NCBI GenBank assembly: GCA_004431415.1 | Contig: QPMI01000584.1 | Span: 1 to 64,000 of the forward strand | Length of the DNA stretch: 64,000 nt | Origin: Cyanophora paradoxa CCMP329 | Taxonomy: Eukaryota; Plantae; Glaucophyta | Direction of reading: 5' to 3' | Part shown: one piece after another, positions 22,237 through 34,319 of the stretch | Layout of the letters: the number at the start of each line of letters is the position of its first letter | Numbering within the stretch: position 1 is the first letter of the stretch | The notes under the pieces: model-generated | Databases searched by the model: none | What the model was told of the DNA's origin: nothing | Seen by the model: only the letters and a program-made list of their open reading frames with translations | Program-made: the position numbers and the translations under genes

Positions 22237-22509
22237 ATGGATAGTAAAACAAAAAAGTTTATTGATGCTGCTATGACAGTTCATGGTAAAGATAAATTCG
22301 ATTACAGTGAGACACATTACATCAAAGCTCAAGAGAAAGTATCTGTGAGATGTTTGCAGTGTAACAAGGTGATCCTTACATATCCCTTTAATCATGTGAA
22401 GGGATCAGGTTGCAGGGACTGTAACAAAAGAAAGAGTCAAGCACACAGGAAAAGAGCTACTTCATCAATCAGAGTAGAGTATAGGGATATTTGCATTAGG
22501 TTTGACTAG
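22237..22509 (+). CDS. Zinc-ribbon protein (DUF723-like repeat)
   Basis: FIDAAMTVHGKDKFDYS..Y...KVSVRC..C...H..GSGC..C pattern. Confidence 0.7.
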   Translation: MDSKTKKFIDAAMTVHGKDKFDYSETHYIKAQEKVSVRCLQCNKVILTYPFNHVKGSGCRDCNKRKSQAHRKRATSSIRVEYRDICIRFD

Positions 22510-22532
22510 TTAATTTTTCTAAGGTATTCTTA

Positions 22533-22931
22533 ATGGAGACTAAATACAGAGGCTTTCATGTTATGCTTGATTACAAGGCTAAATCAGCTATAGCAACAGG
22601 TTATGAGCATGTTAGCTTCCTAGGTAATTGGATTATGGGAACCCTTGAACAAGCAGTATTGAGACAAGGTATTAGGATTGTTCATAAGCATTGTGAGATA
22701 TTTGATGGCAAACTATCACCTCCTGGTTTTGCTTTGGTTCTGCTATTAGATGAAAGCCATTGTACAGCTCATTGTTATTCCAATGAAGGCATGTTAGCAA
22801 TTGATATATTCAGTTGTGGTAAAGAAGCTCAGCATAAAACACAATCAGTAGCAGATGAGATCGATAAAACAATGAATTTCTTAACATTTGAGAAGACTGA
22901 GAGACATAAACATGATAGATTCCCGTTTTGA
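22533..22931 (+). CDS. speD: S-adenosylmethionine decarboxylase proenzyme family (prokaryotic-type, pyruvoyl)
   Basis: 132 aa with LLDESHCTAHCY (ESH self-cleavage site) and AIDIFSCG. Confidence 0.85.
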   Translation: METKYRGFHVMLDYKAKSAIATGYEHVSFLGNWIMGTLEQAVLRQGIRIVHKHCEIFDGKLSPPGFALVLLLDESHCTAHCYSNEGMLAIDIFSCGKEAQHKTQSVADEIDKTMNFLTFEKTERHKHDRFPF

Positions 22932-23207
22932 TGGGTTTCTATAATGATGATCAGGGTAATTTACCTTTTTTATTACAATGGCAATCGTTAAAAAAGGATA
23001 TAATATATCCTTTCCTACAATAGCTTTCTACAATGATTTTCTTTCTACAGTAGCTTTTGTTACAATAGAATTCTACTGTATGATGTAGCCGAAATATGAA
23101 TGCACCCTACATTAAGCAATGTCAAGTATTTCGAATACTATTCGATTTCCTTACAATAACACTCAGCATCTGCCCTAGATTCCCCCTATTACCCTATTAT
23201 TTAAGTG

Positions 23208-23765
23208 GACTCAAGGTTGACTCATATTAATCGTAAAAGTAGTAAAAGTATATGGATTTTGTTACGAATTCAATGGGAGGGTTGACTAAGTGGGTTGAGT
23301 TGACTCAAATTTCACAGGAAATAACAATGAATCAGAGTATAAATGCATTTTTTGAATCAACTACACCAACTAACACTGAGAAAGTAGAAGATATCATATA
23401 GTATTACCATATATGGTTTGTCAGGCACTATAATATAGTTGTCAGGCACTTATATAGTATGTCAGGCATTGTCAGGCACCTTTTTAGAAAACTTTTCTAT
23501 AATTCAAATTTCATTGTTGATCCAAACAATGACTTAGCCAAAATAAAATACTTTATGAAAATCGATAGATTTAATGCCTGACAAATAAATGCTGCCTGAA
23601 AGATTTAACACCAACTAACACTGAGATTTTCACAATATATGAGGTCCTTACTGAATATGGTTTGTGTGACAGGTGTGACAGGTTTATCCCGTGGATTTTA
23701 AAAATCAATTTCTCACTAGGACTTTCCTTGGGATTGACCTGTCACACCTGTCACACCTGTCACAC
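23208..23765. repeat. Tandem series of different iteron cassettes separated by a 19-bp direct repeat
   Basis: Degenerate GTTGACTCA cassette (~23208-23360); ACACCAACTAACACTGAGA (23363-23381); TGTCAGGCA cassette (23419-23601); the same 19-mer (23608-23626); TGTGACAGG x2 / CCTGTCACA x3 cassette (23664-23764). Confidence 0.8.
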
Positions 23766-24007
23766 CCAAAATCCTAAGGGTCCCCCTTAGACTCAACAAA
23801 ACAATGATAAAATCATATAAGTTTCATGTATAATTACGATTGGATTCAATAAGAGATCGATTTGTTAATATAAACAAATGAATCATTTATGGATCTTAAT
23901 CGAGTTTAGCGATATATTTCCGATTAAATGAATTAAATTTAATTAAATTTAATCGAGAAAGTACATGAATATAATATCGATTAAATCAATTAACTTTTAG
24001 ACCAATC

Positions 24008-24291
24008 ACACATAGTAAAATGCGGAGTTTTAACCAGAGGCAAGATCTAATTGAGATTCAGTTATATTATTCGGAAATATATACAGATTATCGATTAACT
24101 CAGTAAGACTAATCGGAAAATAAGAGAAATTTACGATAAAATATCGAAAAGAATACAAAATAATCGAAATAAATGAATATTCGATAAGATATACACAGAT
24201 TATCGATTGATTGAAATAGAATATACGAGATATATCAACAAAATCAATTAAGATTAAGCCGAGGGTTAAAACTCCGCATTTTACTATGTGT
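24008..24291. repeat. Terminal 28-bp inverted repeat of element A
   Basis: ACACATAGTAAAATGCGGAGTTTTAACC (24008-24035) and its exact reverse complement (24264-24291). Confidence 0.95.
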
Positions 24292-24299
24292 CAGGTCGG

Positions 24300-27200
24300 C
24301 GGGCTCCAGGCCGAACGCGACCCGGAGCTCCTCGGCCTGCGCCCGCCCCGCGATGTACGCCTGCGCTCGAGATCGCCCACGTGAGCGATGCGAACCAGCC
24401 GAGCGGCCGCAGCACTAGTACTGGAAGCGCGTCGACGCCAATCGCGAGAGAGCGGAGAATGTGCAGACCTTGTGGGCCGACTGGACGAAAGAGGCCCGCT
24501 GGCTCTCGGAGAGCTCGCCCTCGCGGACCTCCGCGCTCCAAATCGCAATCCCCGCCGCCTTCTCCGCCACGTACTTGGTCGACAGCGCGTACGCCATCGT
24601 GCCGCAGTTGCTTTCCTCCTGCAGATGCTCATACAATTAGCGAGCGACACCAAGCTGCGAGCAGACGCCGACGGCCTGGGGATCACCCAGGGAAACCAGA
24701 GCGCCGTTTCGACGAGCAGCCGCGTGGTGGGGTCCCCGAGGATGCCGAGCGAGTAGACGCTTCGACCTCGACTGTGCCACGCGTTCTGGCACAGGCGGCA
24801 GTCTTGCAGGCCGCACTCCTCCCCGGCCGCAGCATTGCCGGCGGCCGCAGCCGCCTGACTGGACTTGCGCATCCGCTGGTGCTCGAGGATCTGAGCGCTG
24901 AGGGCTTCCAGCTGCTCGATGCTGAGCGCATCCTCCGCGCCATGATAAAGCCCGGAGATGGGCGAAGCCTCCGGATCTTCGTTCAGACCCGGGCTCGAGC
25001 TCACTGGCGTCTTGAAGGCGTAGTGCATCAAACAGTGGGAGGCGGCGCTCATGTCCGCGGAGCTCTGCCAGTCGACGTTCTCTGCGACCGTGCAGTCCGT
25101 GCTGCGGCGATCGCGAGGGCGCTTAGCAGCTAGAGCTGCGCGCAGCGAACGGCGGGGCCCGGTGCGCACTCGAACGGCATCATGGCCAGGTCCGCGACCT
25201 CGCACCAGCGCGCGAGGAGCATCACGACAAGCAAACACCCCTCGGGGCGTCGCGTCGTGTCCAGCCACAGCGCCGCCTCCACCTTCTTTTGCATGGGCGT
25301 GGAGCGCTCGGACAGCACGTTCTCGCGGTCACGGTCGCTGCGCAGCGGACGGACGTGAGAGCTTGCAAATTGAACCCAGTACTAGTACTCGTGTGGGGCC
25401 AGGGCCGGGCGGGGCGGGGCCCCCCGCACCATGCAAGAAGAAGGGCCCCGGCGGCTAGCACCAGGCGGGCTGTGTCCTCGCTCTCCCCGGAGATGTTCTC
25501 CTGGTCGTGCCTCGGCAACTCGAGCTCTGGCGACAGGAGGTCACGCGGAGGCGCTCAAGCTTCCAGGGTACACAAAAGTTCGAATTCGAAGTCACCTCCC
25601 GCAAAAATCAACGGCGCGTTCTCCCTCAACTCATCTAGCCTCACCTGCGCACCGCGTCGTCAAAGCCGTCCAGGGCTCGTCTGGCAGATACAGACGGCAT
25701 GCGCACCTTCAGCCACTCGCCGAAACGCGCTCCACGATCATGATCAGCACCGGCGGCTTCACCGGGCGCTGCACGCGCAGCTGCAGCTGGAGCGCTAGCG
25801 GAGAGGGCGTCGCGGATGACCCAGACGGCCTGGACGCAGGGACAGACGCCCCAGACGAGCTCCGCCAGCCGCAGCGCGTCCGCCCGCTCCTCCTCCGCCC
25901 CCGGCCCTGCCGGACGTGTGCCCGTCAGCAGCCGCAGCGCGTGCTAGGGCTGGAGGCGAATCCAAGGACGGACCCGAGGTGCCGGCCGCAGCCCGGAGGA
26001 GGACGTGGATCTCTCCGAGGATTCGCCGCCAGAGCAAGGTCGCGCTGGGGACGTAGATGCTCGACAGGTGCGAGATGGACCGCGGGCTGCTGAGGGCCGC
26101 GATGCCGATCTTCGCCGCCAGAAAGTAATCGACCAGCTCCGGCTCCTCGACCCCCCAGCCGATGGCCTTCTCCGCGAGAGGCTTGTAGAGGCCCCACAGG
26201 CTTTTGTGAACCTTCTCCACTTCTGCATTGCACAGGAACAAGCGCCGCTCCAGCACCTCGATCGGTTCGCGATCCCCGAACCGCCCGAGGAAGTGCGCGA
26301 AGAGGCGCCGCCGCAGCACCGCGGGGCCGACATCGCCGGTAGGGACGCCGCAGCGCTCCGCCAAGCGCGGGGCCACGCTGTCGATGAAGCGGACCTGCGA
26401 CCCAGCATCAGTGCGCGCGTGGGTCAAATTGTATTAATCGAGCCTCGTTAAAAAGAGTACAAGAAGGTCGCACCGCAAACTCAAAGTGAGGGCGGTTTCC
26501 GGCGCCGAGAATGGCGGAGAACACCATAGGTGCGGCGCTCTCAACGTCCTCACTCGCGTCCAGCAGAACGGCACAGCGAAGGAGCCAGTCGCACTCGTCT
26601 GCTTCGCCGCACGGATGGTTGATCGAGCGACCGACCTGGGCGAGCAGCTGCAGCGAAACGCGCGCCAAGATGGCTGTGCTCGAGCCATCGTCCTGACGGC
26701 TCGCCGCAACGAGCGTCTGAGCTGCCGCTGCAATTCGCTCATCGCTCCCGCCCCCATTTCTTATTTGCAAGCCGTCGACGCAAAACAAGGAGCCGCCATT
26801 CTCGCTGAGATGCGTTCGGAGGAGGAAGTCTGCGATGCGGGCGGAGACCGAGCTGTCCAGAGAGCGGAGGGCCCGACCCCCTGCAGCTGCTTCGGCCGTG
26901 AAGAACCGGCAGAGCTCTTCCACGCCCACAAGATCGAACTGAGAAGAAAAGCACAATCAGTCAAGAATTCTGAAATAACACAAACGAAAATGATGCAGGG
27001 GGCGCGTTCTTACAAGTGGCGATCGACGCGGTGTATTCGTGTCCTCTGTCACAAGCAGTTCAATGCAGAATCTCCGGCGAGACTTGGCGCCCTCGTGCGC
27101 AGCACTGCCCGCCATCTCCAACAAAGCGAATACCAAGCGCAGGGCTTCCAGATATTGCCGAAGATTGAGGAGGCGCAGGAGACACGCCGCCAGCAGCGTC

Positions 27201-30084
27201 TCGTACTGCTGGGGCGACGCCGGCTCGCTTTCACCAAGAACGCTGAGCCCCGCCCCTTGGCGAGCCGCGAGGAGCGACTTGGCGACGCTGAGGGCGTGCG
27301 CGGCGCTCGCCTCCGACGTGCAGTCCCCTGAAACGGGGCCGAAAATCGCGTCTCGGATCCTGCTCACGTATTTGCAGTGCAGATTCGGCTCCAAATCGTT
27401 GAAGAAGTCGTACATCAAGCAGGCGTGGTCCAGATCGGTGTTGTGAAGGTAATATCTGAAGCGATCACGCGAGGATCAATGACCGTGGCAAGGCAGCAGA
27501 TTTAGAAGACCTTCATACGCTCGATCTGGTAAAGCAAGCAGCACAAGGAAGGCACCTGGCTGCGAAGGCGCCCAGGCCGGCCTCGTGAAGGGACGCAAAC
27601 CACGCTCGTTCACGCGGCTTCTTGTTTTGTGCATCTTCATGTCCAGAGCTTGGGGCCTTGCACACATCAGCTGGAGGTGGATCCGAAGTTGCAGGGCTTT
27701 CCTCCTCTCTGGGCAGGAATCCCGTCCTCGCGCGCCGAATGAGCGCCGCCTCGAGCGCGATGTCGGGTCGCTGCGCGCAGGCGGCGAAGGCCTCCGCCAG
27801 CGGGAGCCTCGCGACCCGCAGCGCCTCCTCCGACTCGCGCTCCGGGGACGGCGCCGGCGAGGGTGCAGCCGAGTCGACGCGGAGGGCGAGGCCGGAGCGG
27901 ACTGCGGTTTGGAAGGCGTCCACCTCCTTCACGGTTGTCACCGTCTGCGAGATGTAGACGTTGATCCCGTCCCGATGGAAGGCGTCCAGCGGGAGGCGTG
28001 CGAGGCTGAGCCAGAGGACGCTGAGGTGGTCGCCGGCCGCCGCTCGCGCACTCTCCAGGAAGTCCACTGCTCTCGCCGCCATGACGATCGCGTCGTGCAG
28101 CACTGCCAGCCATCGGCGCTGCTTGCAGCTCAGAGCTCGAGGATCGGCAGAGTAGTCGAGCACCCAGCGACAGCGACAGCGGTTGTGCTGGCGGCCGTAG
28201 GCCGTCTCCTCCCCGGGGCACTTGCACCGCAGCCTGTACTCGCCGACAGACGGGGCTTCTCCGGCTTCGAAGAGATGCGGTATGTGCCTGTCGATGAGCT
28301 CGAGGACGGCGGCGACGGCCTCCGATTGCGAGGGGCGACCACCCTGGGCGTCGCGCGGCTGCCTCGAGGTCAGCGCGAAGCCACTCGCACAGTTCATGTG
28401 CACACCAATTCATGATCACGTTCACTGAGAAGTGCCGCGAGTGCCGTGGCGACGCCTCCAGCTCGAGCCAGACTCAAGCCGTCACTCGAGCGGCCTGGCC
28501 GCGCGTCAGAATTTGAAGCGTATGAAAGCGAAACCTAAACGAAAGATGGCAATGTTGCTAAACTCGCACCGCGCTCGGCCAGATAACGACAGCGCGCCTC
28601 GAGATCGCGGAGCGGCTCCAGACAGAGGAGCTCGAGGCTGGCGGAGGGGGCGTCCCAGGCCAGCGCGGCCCGCAGCGCCGGGTGCTCCCACGACGTCTCA
28701 GCCTGATCATGAGGAAGACCATGTCAACTAAAGCTTGCATTTCGCATATAAATGTGAAGAATAGATTAATGCAAAGGGAACTGACGGACCAGGCGGGCCG
28801 CTTGCACGAGAACGCGAGCTATCTTGCGCAGGACGATTGTCCTGGCGCCTTCGCCCAAGAGCGAACGCAAATCAAAGACAGCAGGGGCGCCTGCAGCGAG
28901 CGAGTTTGCATCCGCATTGTTTTCGCCCTCCCGACGGAGTCCGAAAGTGCCCACGATGTCCAGGGCTGCGGCAGACAGGAGCTTCCGCTGCTGGGCGCTG
29001 AGGCGTTCGTCCACAGCGACCACCTGCTCAACGCGATCGCAAGACGGAACGTCGGTGCGCGCACACGTGCACATCATCTTTAATTTTTAGAAGGAGTTCT
29101 CGCGGACCGAGAGGCCGCCAAGGCATTCGGCAGCGTTGCCTGCACACGTGTTCGCATGCTGCCGACGCTCCCGCACGCGCTCCGGCTCGTATTCCGCGTC
29201 GGAGTCCACGTCGGAGCCCTCGATGATTTCGTACCTCCAAAGGAGCGTCTCGTCGCCCTTGAACGCCGCCGCCGATGCTGCGAGCTGCAGCAGTACGCCG
29301 GCGGACGCCACGAGGTAGCCCCCTCTGCGGAGTATCCAGGAGAAGGAGTCGATCCGGGCGAAGAGCCTGCTTGGAGATCAAACGCGCGTGCACATTTCAT
29401 CCGAGCACCGATGCAAATGGCGGACCAACTGAAGCAGGCCGGATCGCCGCCGTCGGGGACGGCGTGGCTGGGGAAGAGCTGGTGCCCGCAGCGCTGCGAG
29501 TAGTAGAGGGGCTGCTCTGACTTCGGGGCCCCAGCGACGGGAGTGAAGTCGTACTCGCTCTCCTCCTCGTCGTACTTTGAGGTCTGCGGCCGCCGCGTCT
29601 TGACGAGCATGCGAAAGCTGCCTGGATATCGCCTCTCGTCGCGGCAGTCTTCGACAGAGCAGCGCCACATCGGCTTGCGCGTGCGACGGAAGGCTTCGAG
29701 GCCCGCCGCGATGGCCCGCCCCGCCAGCTTCTCCCCGAGCTGGTTCCCATATGCGTCCTCCCCCGGCAGAGCCGATGATGCCCATGCTGGCGGCTGCGGC
29801 GAAGAATCAGCATCACACCAAGTGTCGAAGAATGGGGTAACGAGGCAGCTAAACGCGGCGGGGGGCTAAAGAGCGGGGCCTGAATGTGAAAACGGAGGGC
29901 GGAGGCGGGGGGCGGGCGGGGCGGGGGGAGGAGGGAGGGGGTGGGGTGGGGGTGGGGAGGGGGGTGGGGGTGGGGTGGGGGAGGGGAGGCGGGGGGGCTG
30001 ACCCTGGGAAGCGGAGCGGGGGAGGAGGGGATGGGGGTGGGGTGGGTGGGTGGGTTTTTTCGGGGGAGGGTTTCGGGGGAGGGC

Positions 30085-30115
<31 letters not shown>

Positions 30116-30848
30116 TGAAACCCAGTAATCAGGTTGCCAGAGCGCAGAAGGGTAGGTGGCGAATAGATTAAGCTTAAGATAAGGGCGCACCCCGCGGGTG
30201 TTTTTGGGGAGGGGGGGGGGGGAAGGGGGGGGGTGAACGTGAATGGATCGGGGGTTCAAGCACAAGAGGCATTCGGAGCAGAGAGGGCTGCTAAAACTAT
30301 GCCGTGTTTTGTTCTATTTCAAGAGAGTGGGGAAGGGAGGGAGGCACCTGGTCATCGAGGCTGAGAAGAGCCGGCGGGGCTGCTGCGAGGTGGAGCAGGC
30401 AGGCGGCGGCGTGCGGGCAGAGGCCGAGCGAGTCCCGGCACGTCGCGCCCGTGCAGCGGATGGCAGCGCACACGCGAACGCCGTCCCCCTCGACCTCCTG
30501 CCGCGGCAGCGCGAGGCGCTGTGAGCTGATTGACAACGGACCTAGGCCGGCGAGACCGCGCCCCGCGCACACCTGTAGCGATGCATAAACGACTTCGTGA
30601 GCACCCCCGGCCTTGTCATCGCCGTCTCTGAAGCGCGCCGCCACCCGCAGCGCCCGCCCGGCCGCGACCTCGAAGCCAGCTGCGCGTACACTTGCAGCTG
30701 CGGTCGCTGCGGCCGCTGGCGCTTCGCGCTGAGTCGATATAGCTAGCTGCGCAGCTGCAAGCAGCTCCTCGCTGCGGCGAAGGACTGCGGGCTCCGTGAA
30801 CGCTCGCACACCATCGGCGCTGACGGGGACCACCGATGATGCCGCCAA
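24300..30848 (-). CDS. Probable multi-exon host gene(s) including a SWIM-like zinc finger; structure unresolved
   Basis: Series of minus-strand ORFs with protein-like composition (25795-26427, 26408-26956, 26957-27418, 27513-28403, 29080-29670). CTGATCRDSLGLCPHAAACLL in 30297-30848 resembles SWIM. Confidence 0.4.
29870..30240. repeat. Low-complexity poly-G tract
   Basis: Long G runs, including a run of about 30 G near 30086-30115. Confidence 0.85.
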
Positions 30849-31090
30849 GATCGTGCGCCATGTATCTGGCGAGAGGCCGAGTCAGCGATCGGGCCCGAGG
30901 CTTGCCACTCCCGCGCCCCGCTCTCATTTCCGAGCAAACGAAAGCAGAGCCCCGAGACGCACCTGGCGGCTGCTCGGGCTCGTCAGCAAGTCGCGCCCGC
31001 TTCGCTTCTCGCTCGCCTGCTGCGTCGGCCGGCAGCATCCGAGCTCGACGTCCCCGGCTGTACCCCTCCGGAGCCCCGTTCAATTGCAAG

Positions 31091-31145
31091 CTAGATCAAA
31101 GTAATTCGGCCGACGTCGATCTAGATCAAAGTAATTCGGCCGACG
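31091..31145. repeat. Short tandem duplication
   Basis: CTAGATCAAAGTAATTCGGCCGACG twice with a 30-bp period. Confidence 0.85.
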
Positions 31146-34100
31146 CATGCACGGCCTGGCACTGGCTGGCAGTGGCCGGGCTGGCACCCGGCCGGCGCCG
31201 GCGCCGGCGGCGCGGCCTAGCCGAGCCTGTGAAGTCGAGTTCATGTTCAACGCTTACCCTGAGGGCCTTGAGATTTAATTTGCAGATGGCCGCGGCCGTG
31301 CACGTGCACGTCCATCACCGCCGCTAATGATCGCTACGCATGCCTTGATCATGAGCTTCTTTCCCACTGCGCGCATGCGCATGCGCATGCCTTGAGCTTC
31401 ATTCCCACTGCGCATTTGCATGCCGCAGTGTGCGCTCGTCCCCCGGCCCGCGGGCCCCTCGCGATCGAGCTCAGGGCCTCATGATCATTCTCACGCATGA
31501 TCAGAGTCTCGATCTAGATATCGATCTGTTCGGCCCGGCTCGGTTAAACTAGGGGCAGCGATTGGCGAGAGCCCGAAGCATTTAACACGAGCTAGTACGC
31601 CTCTAAATGCAAATCTACTGCTCAGTCTCTCGCGGCGACGAGGAAAAAGCCAGTTTCGCGGCAAGCTAACCGAGCTAGCAGTGCGCCCGGTCGGCGTCTT
31701 ATTGCTCTAGAGTCCCGAGATCTAGAGGGCAGTTGGGGGAGTGGAGGGGCCTGGGCGGGCCTTGATCATGAGCTGCCTTGCGCTGTCGAGGGCTGAAGAG
31801 GCGGCCAGGGCGCAGCGACCTCCGAGGCCAACTTTCGCGCGGCGAGGTACTTTTATCGCCTCTGGCGGCGCTCACTTTGCGTACCCCCCCCCCCCGCCGT
31901 CCTTTGGAGTACCCAAAAACAGCATTGACGCCGATGGGCGCGGGGGTACCCATCGCCGAATGGGGGGGGGGGGGGCGGGGACCCGGAGGGCCCGCGCACG
32001 GGGACTCAGAGGACCGCGGGGACAGGGGCCGCCAAGGGGGGCCGGGGCGGGGAGAGGGGGGAGGGGTCCCCTGCGGCCCTCGTCATCAGCGGGGCCGGGG
32101 GCGGGCCCTTGTGCTGAGCGAGGCCGGGGGGGCGGCCCTTGTATACAGATCTAGAGAGGCCGGGAGGGGGCCCCTCTCGTCAGCGGGGCCGGGGTACGGC
32201 CCATCTGAGGCTTTCCGCGCTTACCCCCCCCCCCCCCGTCCGTCGTACCCATGGCCAGCGGTATTAGCGGAGTCCCTACCCCCCCTCCTAGGCCCCGGCC
32301 CTACCCCCCAGCCCCGAGCCCACCCCCTGCCGTCGCCGAAGTGCGAGAGAAGGGGCGGAAAAGGCTCTCTGAAATTCAACGCATTTACAGGCGGCGGCGG
32401 TGGAGACGGCTGCCCTCGACGGAGAGCGAGTCCGGGGTAGGGGGGGGGGAGGGGGGGGGAAGTGACGGCGGAGGGGCGCTTGACCCCGCCCCGGCCCTTC
32501 AGCGCGCTCCGGGCCGGCCGCTTGCCCTCCTTCAGCGCCTTCTTGCCAGCCTTGGCCGCCTTCCTGACCGCCTTCTCGTCCTCCGACTCGGGCTCCGAGT
32601 TCTCCGGCTCGGGCTCGGCTCGGAGGCCGGCTCCGGCGTCTCAATCTCCTTCTGCGGCGCACAAAGTCAGAGGGGAGCGCAGGGGTACGGGCAAAGGGGC
32701 TGAACTGGGGCTCCTCCGGGTCGGCGACGGGCGCGGGGGGACCTCTTCGTCTACGGCGCCCATGGAGGGGAACGAGAAACCGAGAGAGTCACTGTCTAGG
32801 TGCGCCATAAGGGTCCAGCGCCGGTCAATGCGGTCAAACAGTTGCGTGCACAAGGCGTATCGGAACATAGGATCCCAACGCCTTTATCGGATCCTAAGCC
32901 TAATCCTCTTCGAACCTCGGCGGCGGCAGGGGGTACCCCCCAAGCGCCCCGGCCCCGCTCCGGACCGCGGCTCTACCCCCGCAAAGCCACCCTACCCCCC
33001 TCCCGCCCCTCCGCGATCTCCGTGACATCCGTGATTCCGTGACGTCCGCGTCCCCTCGGTGCCTCCTCGCCGCCCATACCCATCCGCGCGGGCCAGAGGG
33101 GGTACGCGCGGGCCGGGGGGGGGGGTAAGCCGGCCTCGCTCCGGCTCTACCCCTCACCCCCGCCGCCGCTTCGCGATCGGGTCTCCGCGGGGTCCATTCG
33201 GCAGTGGGGGGGTACGGGCCATCGCGGCGAATGGGGCTCTAGCGGGGCGGGAGAGGGGCGGGGGGGTACACGCAAAGTGACCCGCCCGCGAGGGCAGAAT
33301 GGCGGGAGACCAAAAAAGCTTTTCATCTCGGCTGATCTAGAATGCGCATGCACTTCCTGCGTGCACGTGCCCGGTCTCGCGCGGATCACTTGCTGCGCTA
33401 CGTTTCCGCTTTGATTTCGGCTGGATTGGTATGGCATCTTTAATTTAAACCGCCGCGCCGCCCCGGTCCCCGGCCCGTCGTAATTCTGCTGAACTTCGTG
33501 TGCTGTCTATATTTCGGGCTATGCATGCTGAGCTCGATGCCGTCGGCTGCTCCTCTGCCCCGTGCACTCGAGCTCGCTCTCCCCCTGCCCTCCCCCCGAC
33601 CGCTCCCCCAGCCGGCGCCGGCCCTCTGGCCGCGCCCTCTCTCCCATATGCATGCATATGGCCACGTGCACTTCGGCCCGCCCTCTTCGGCCTCGCCTCC
33701 CTCTTCGGCCCGCCCCGCCCCGACGCTCCCCAGTAGCACCTTGATCGCTCCCGCCCCCTCCGGATCCCCTGGACCTCAGTCTCGGCCTCTAGTTAACCCA
33801 GTAGCATTTCTGTCGGCGCTTAGCGCCCTACCCCATCAGGCCCCCGACCATCCCTCGAGCGGTGGGGGGGGCCCCTGTTTCTACCAATAAGCATACCCTG
33901 GGGCCGCAGGCCTCACCCATACTGGAAAAACTTCGTGTGCTCGTGATTGCTGTGTCGTCTTGGAAAATAAATTTATATCTACAGATACTTTGTATTATTG
34001 CAAGTGGGGAAAGAAGACCGAAGGTCTTCCCCCCCTGGCTTCCCGTTCCCTCGCTTCAGCCAAAAGTTTTCTATGAGGCCGTTTTCGAAAAAAATGATGC

Positions 34101-34319
34101 TAGCGCTTTATTCGCGATCCGATTGGCTCGGTGGACCGGTCAGCTTTCGACTTTCGAGCGTCAAAGTCGAGGGGAAAAAGTGGTTTTCGAGGGGAAAACG
34201 AACTTCTCCTCACTCCGGTCTTCGAATTTCTTGCGCGGTTATGCATGGAACCAGTTCTCCCTATTGAGGAAGACCGGATCCTAGGCTTCCTAGCTGCGCC
34301 GCTGATTGCAGCCGAGCAC

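Larger units (their letters stand above)
1..24291. mobile_element. Endogenous Polinton-like virus, element A (left end outside window)
   Basis: AT-rich, gene-dense block with pPolB, TVpol-SF3 helicase, A32-like ATPase, capsid, two pentons and fibres. Abrupt switch to very GC-rich DNA after ...TTACTATGTGT at 24291. Confidence 0.9.

Noticed and set aside
23363-23626. CRISPR array
   Set aside because: Only two 19-bp repeats with a 226-bp spacer and no cas genes; reported as a cassette series instead.
29849-30265. Proline-rich extensin or formin-like protein
   Set aside because: Translation of a poly-G/C low-complexity tract that is probably poorly resolved in the assembly.
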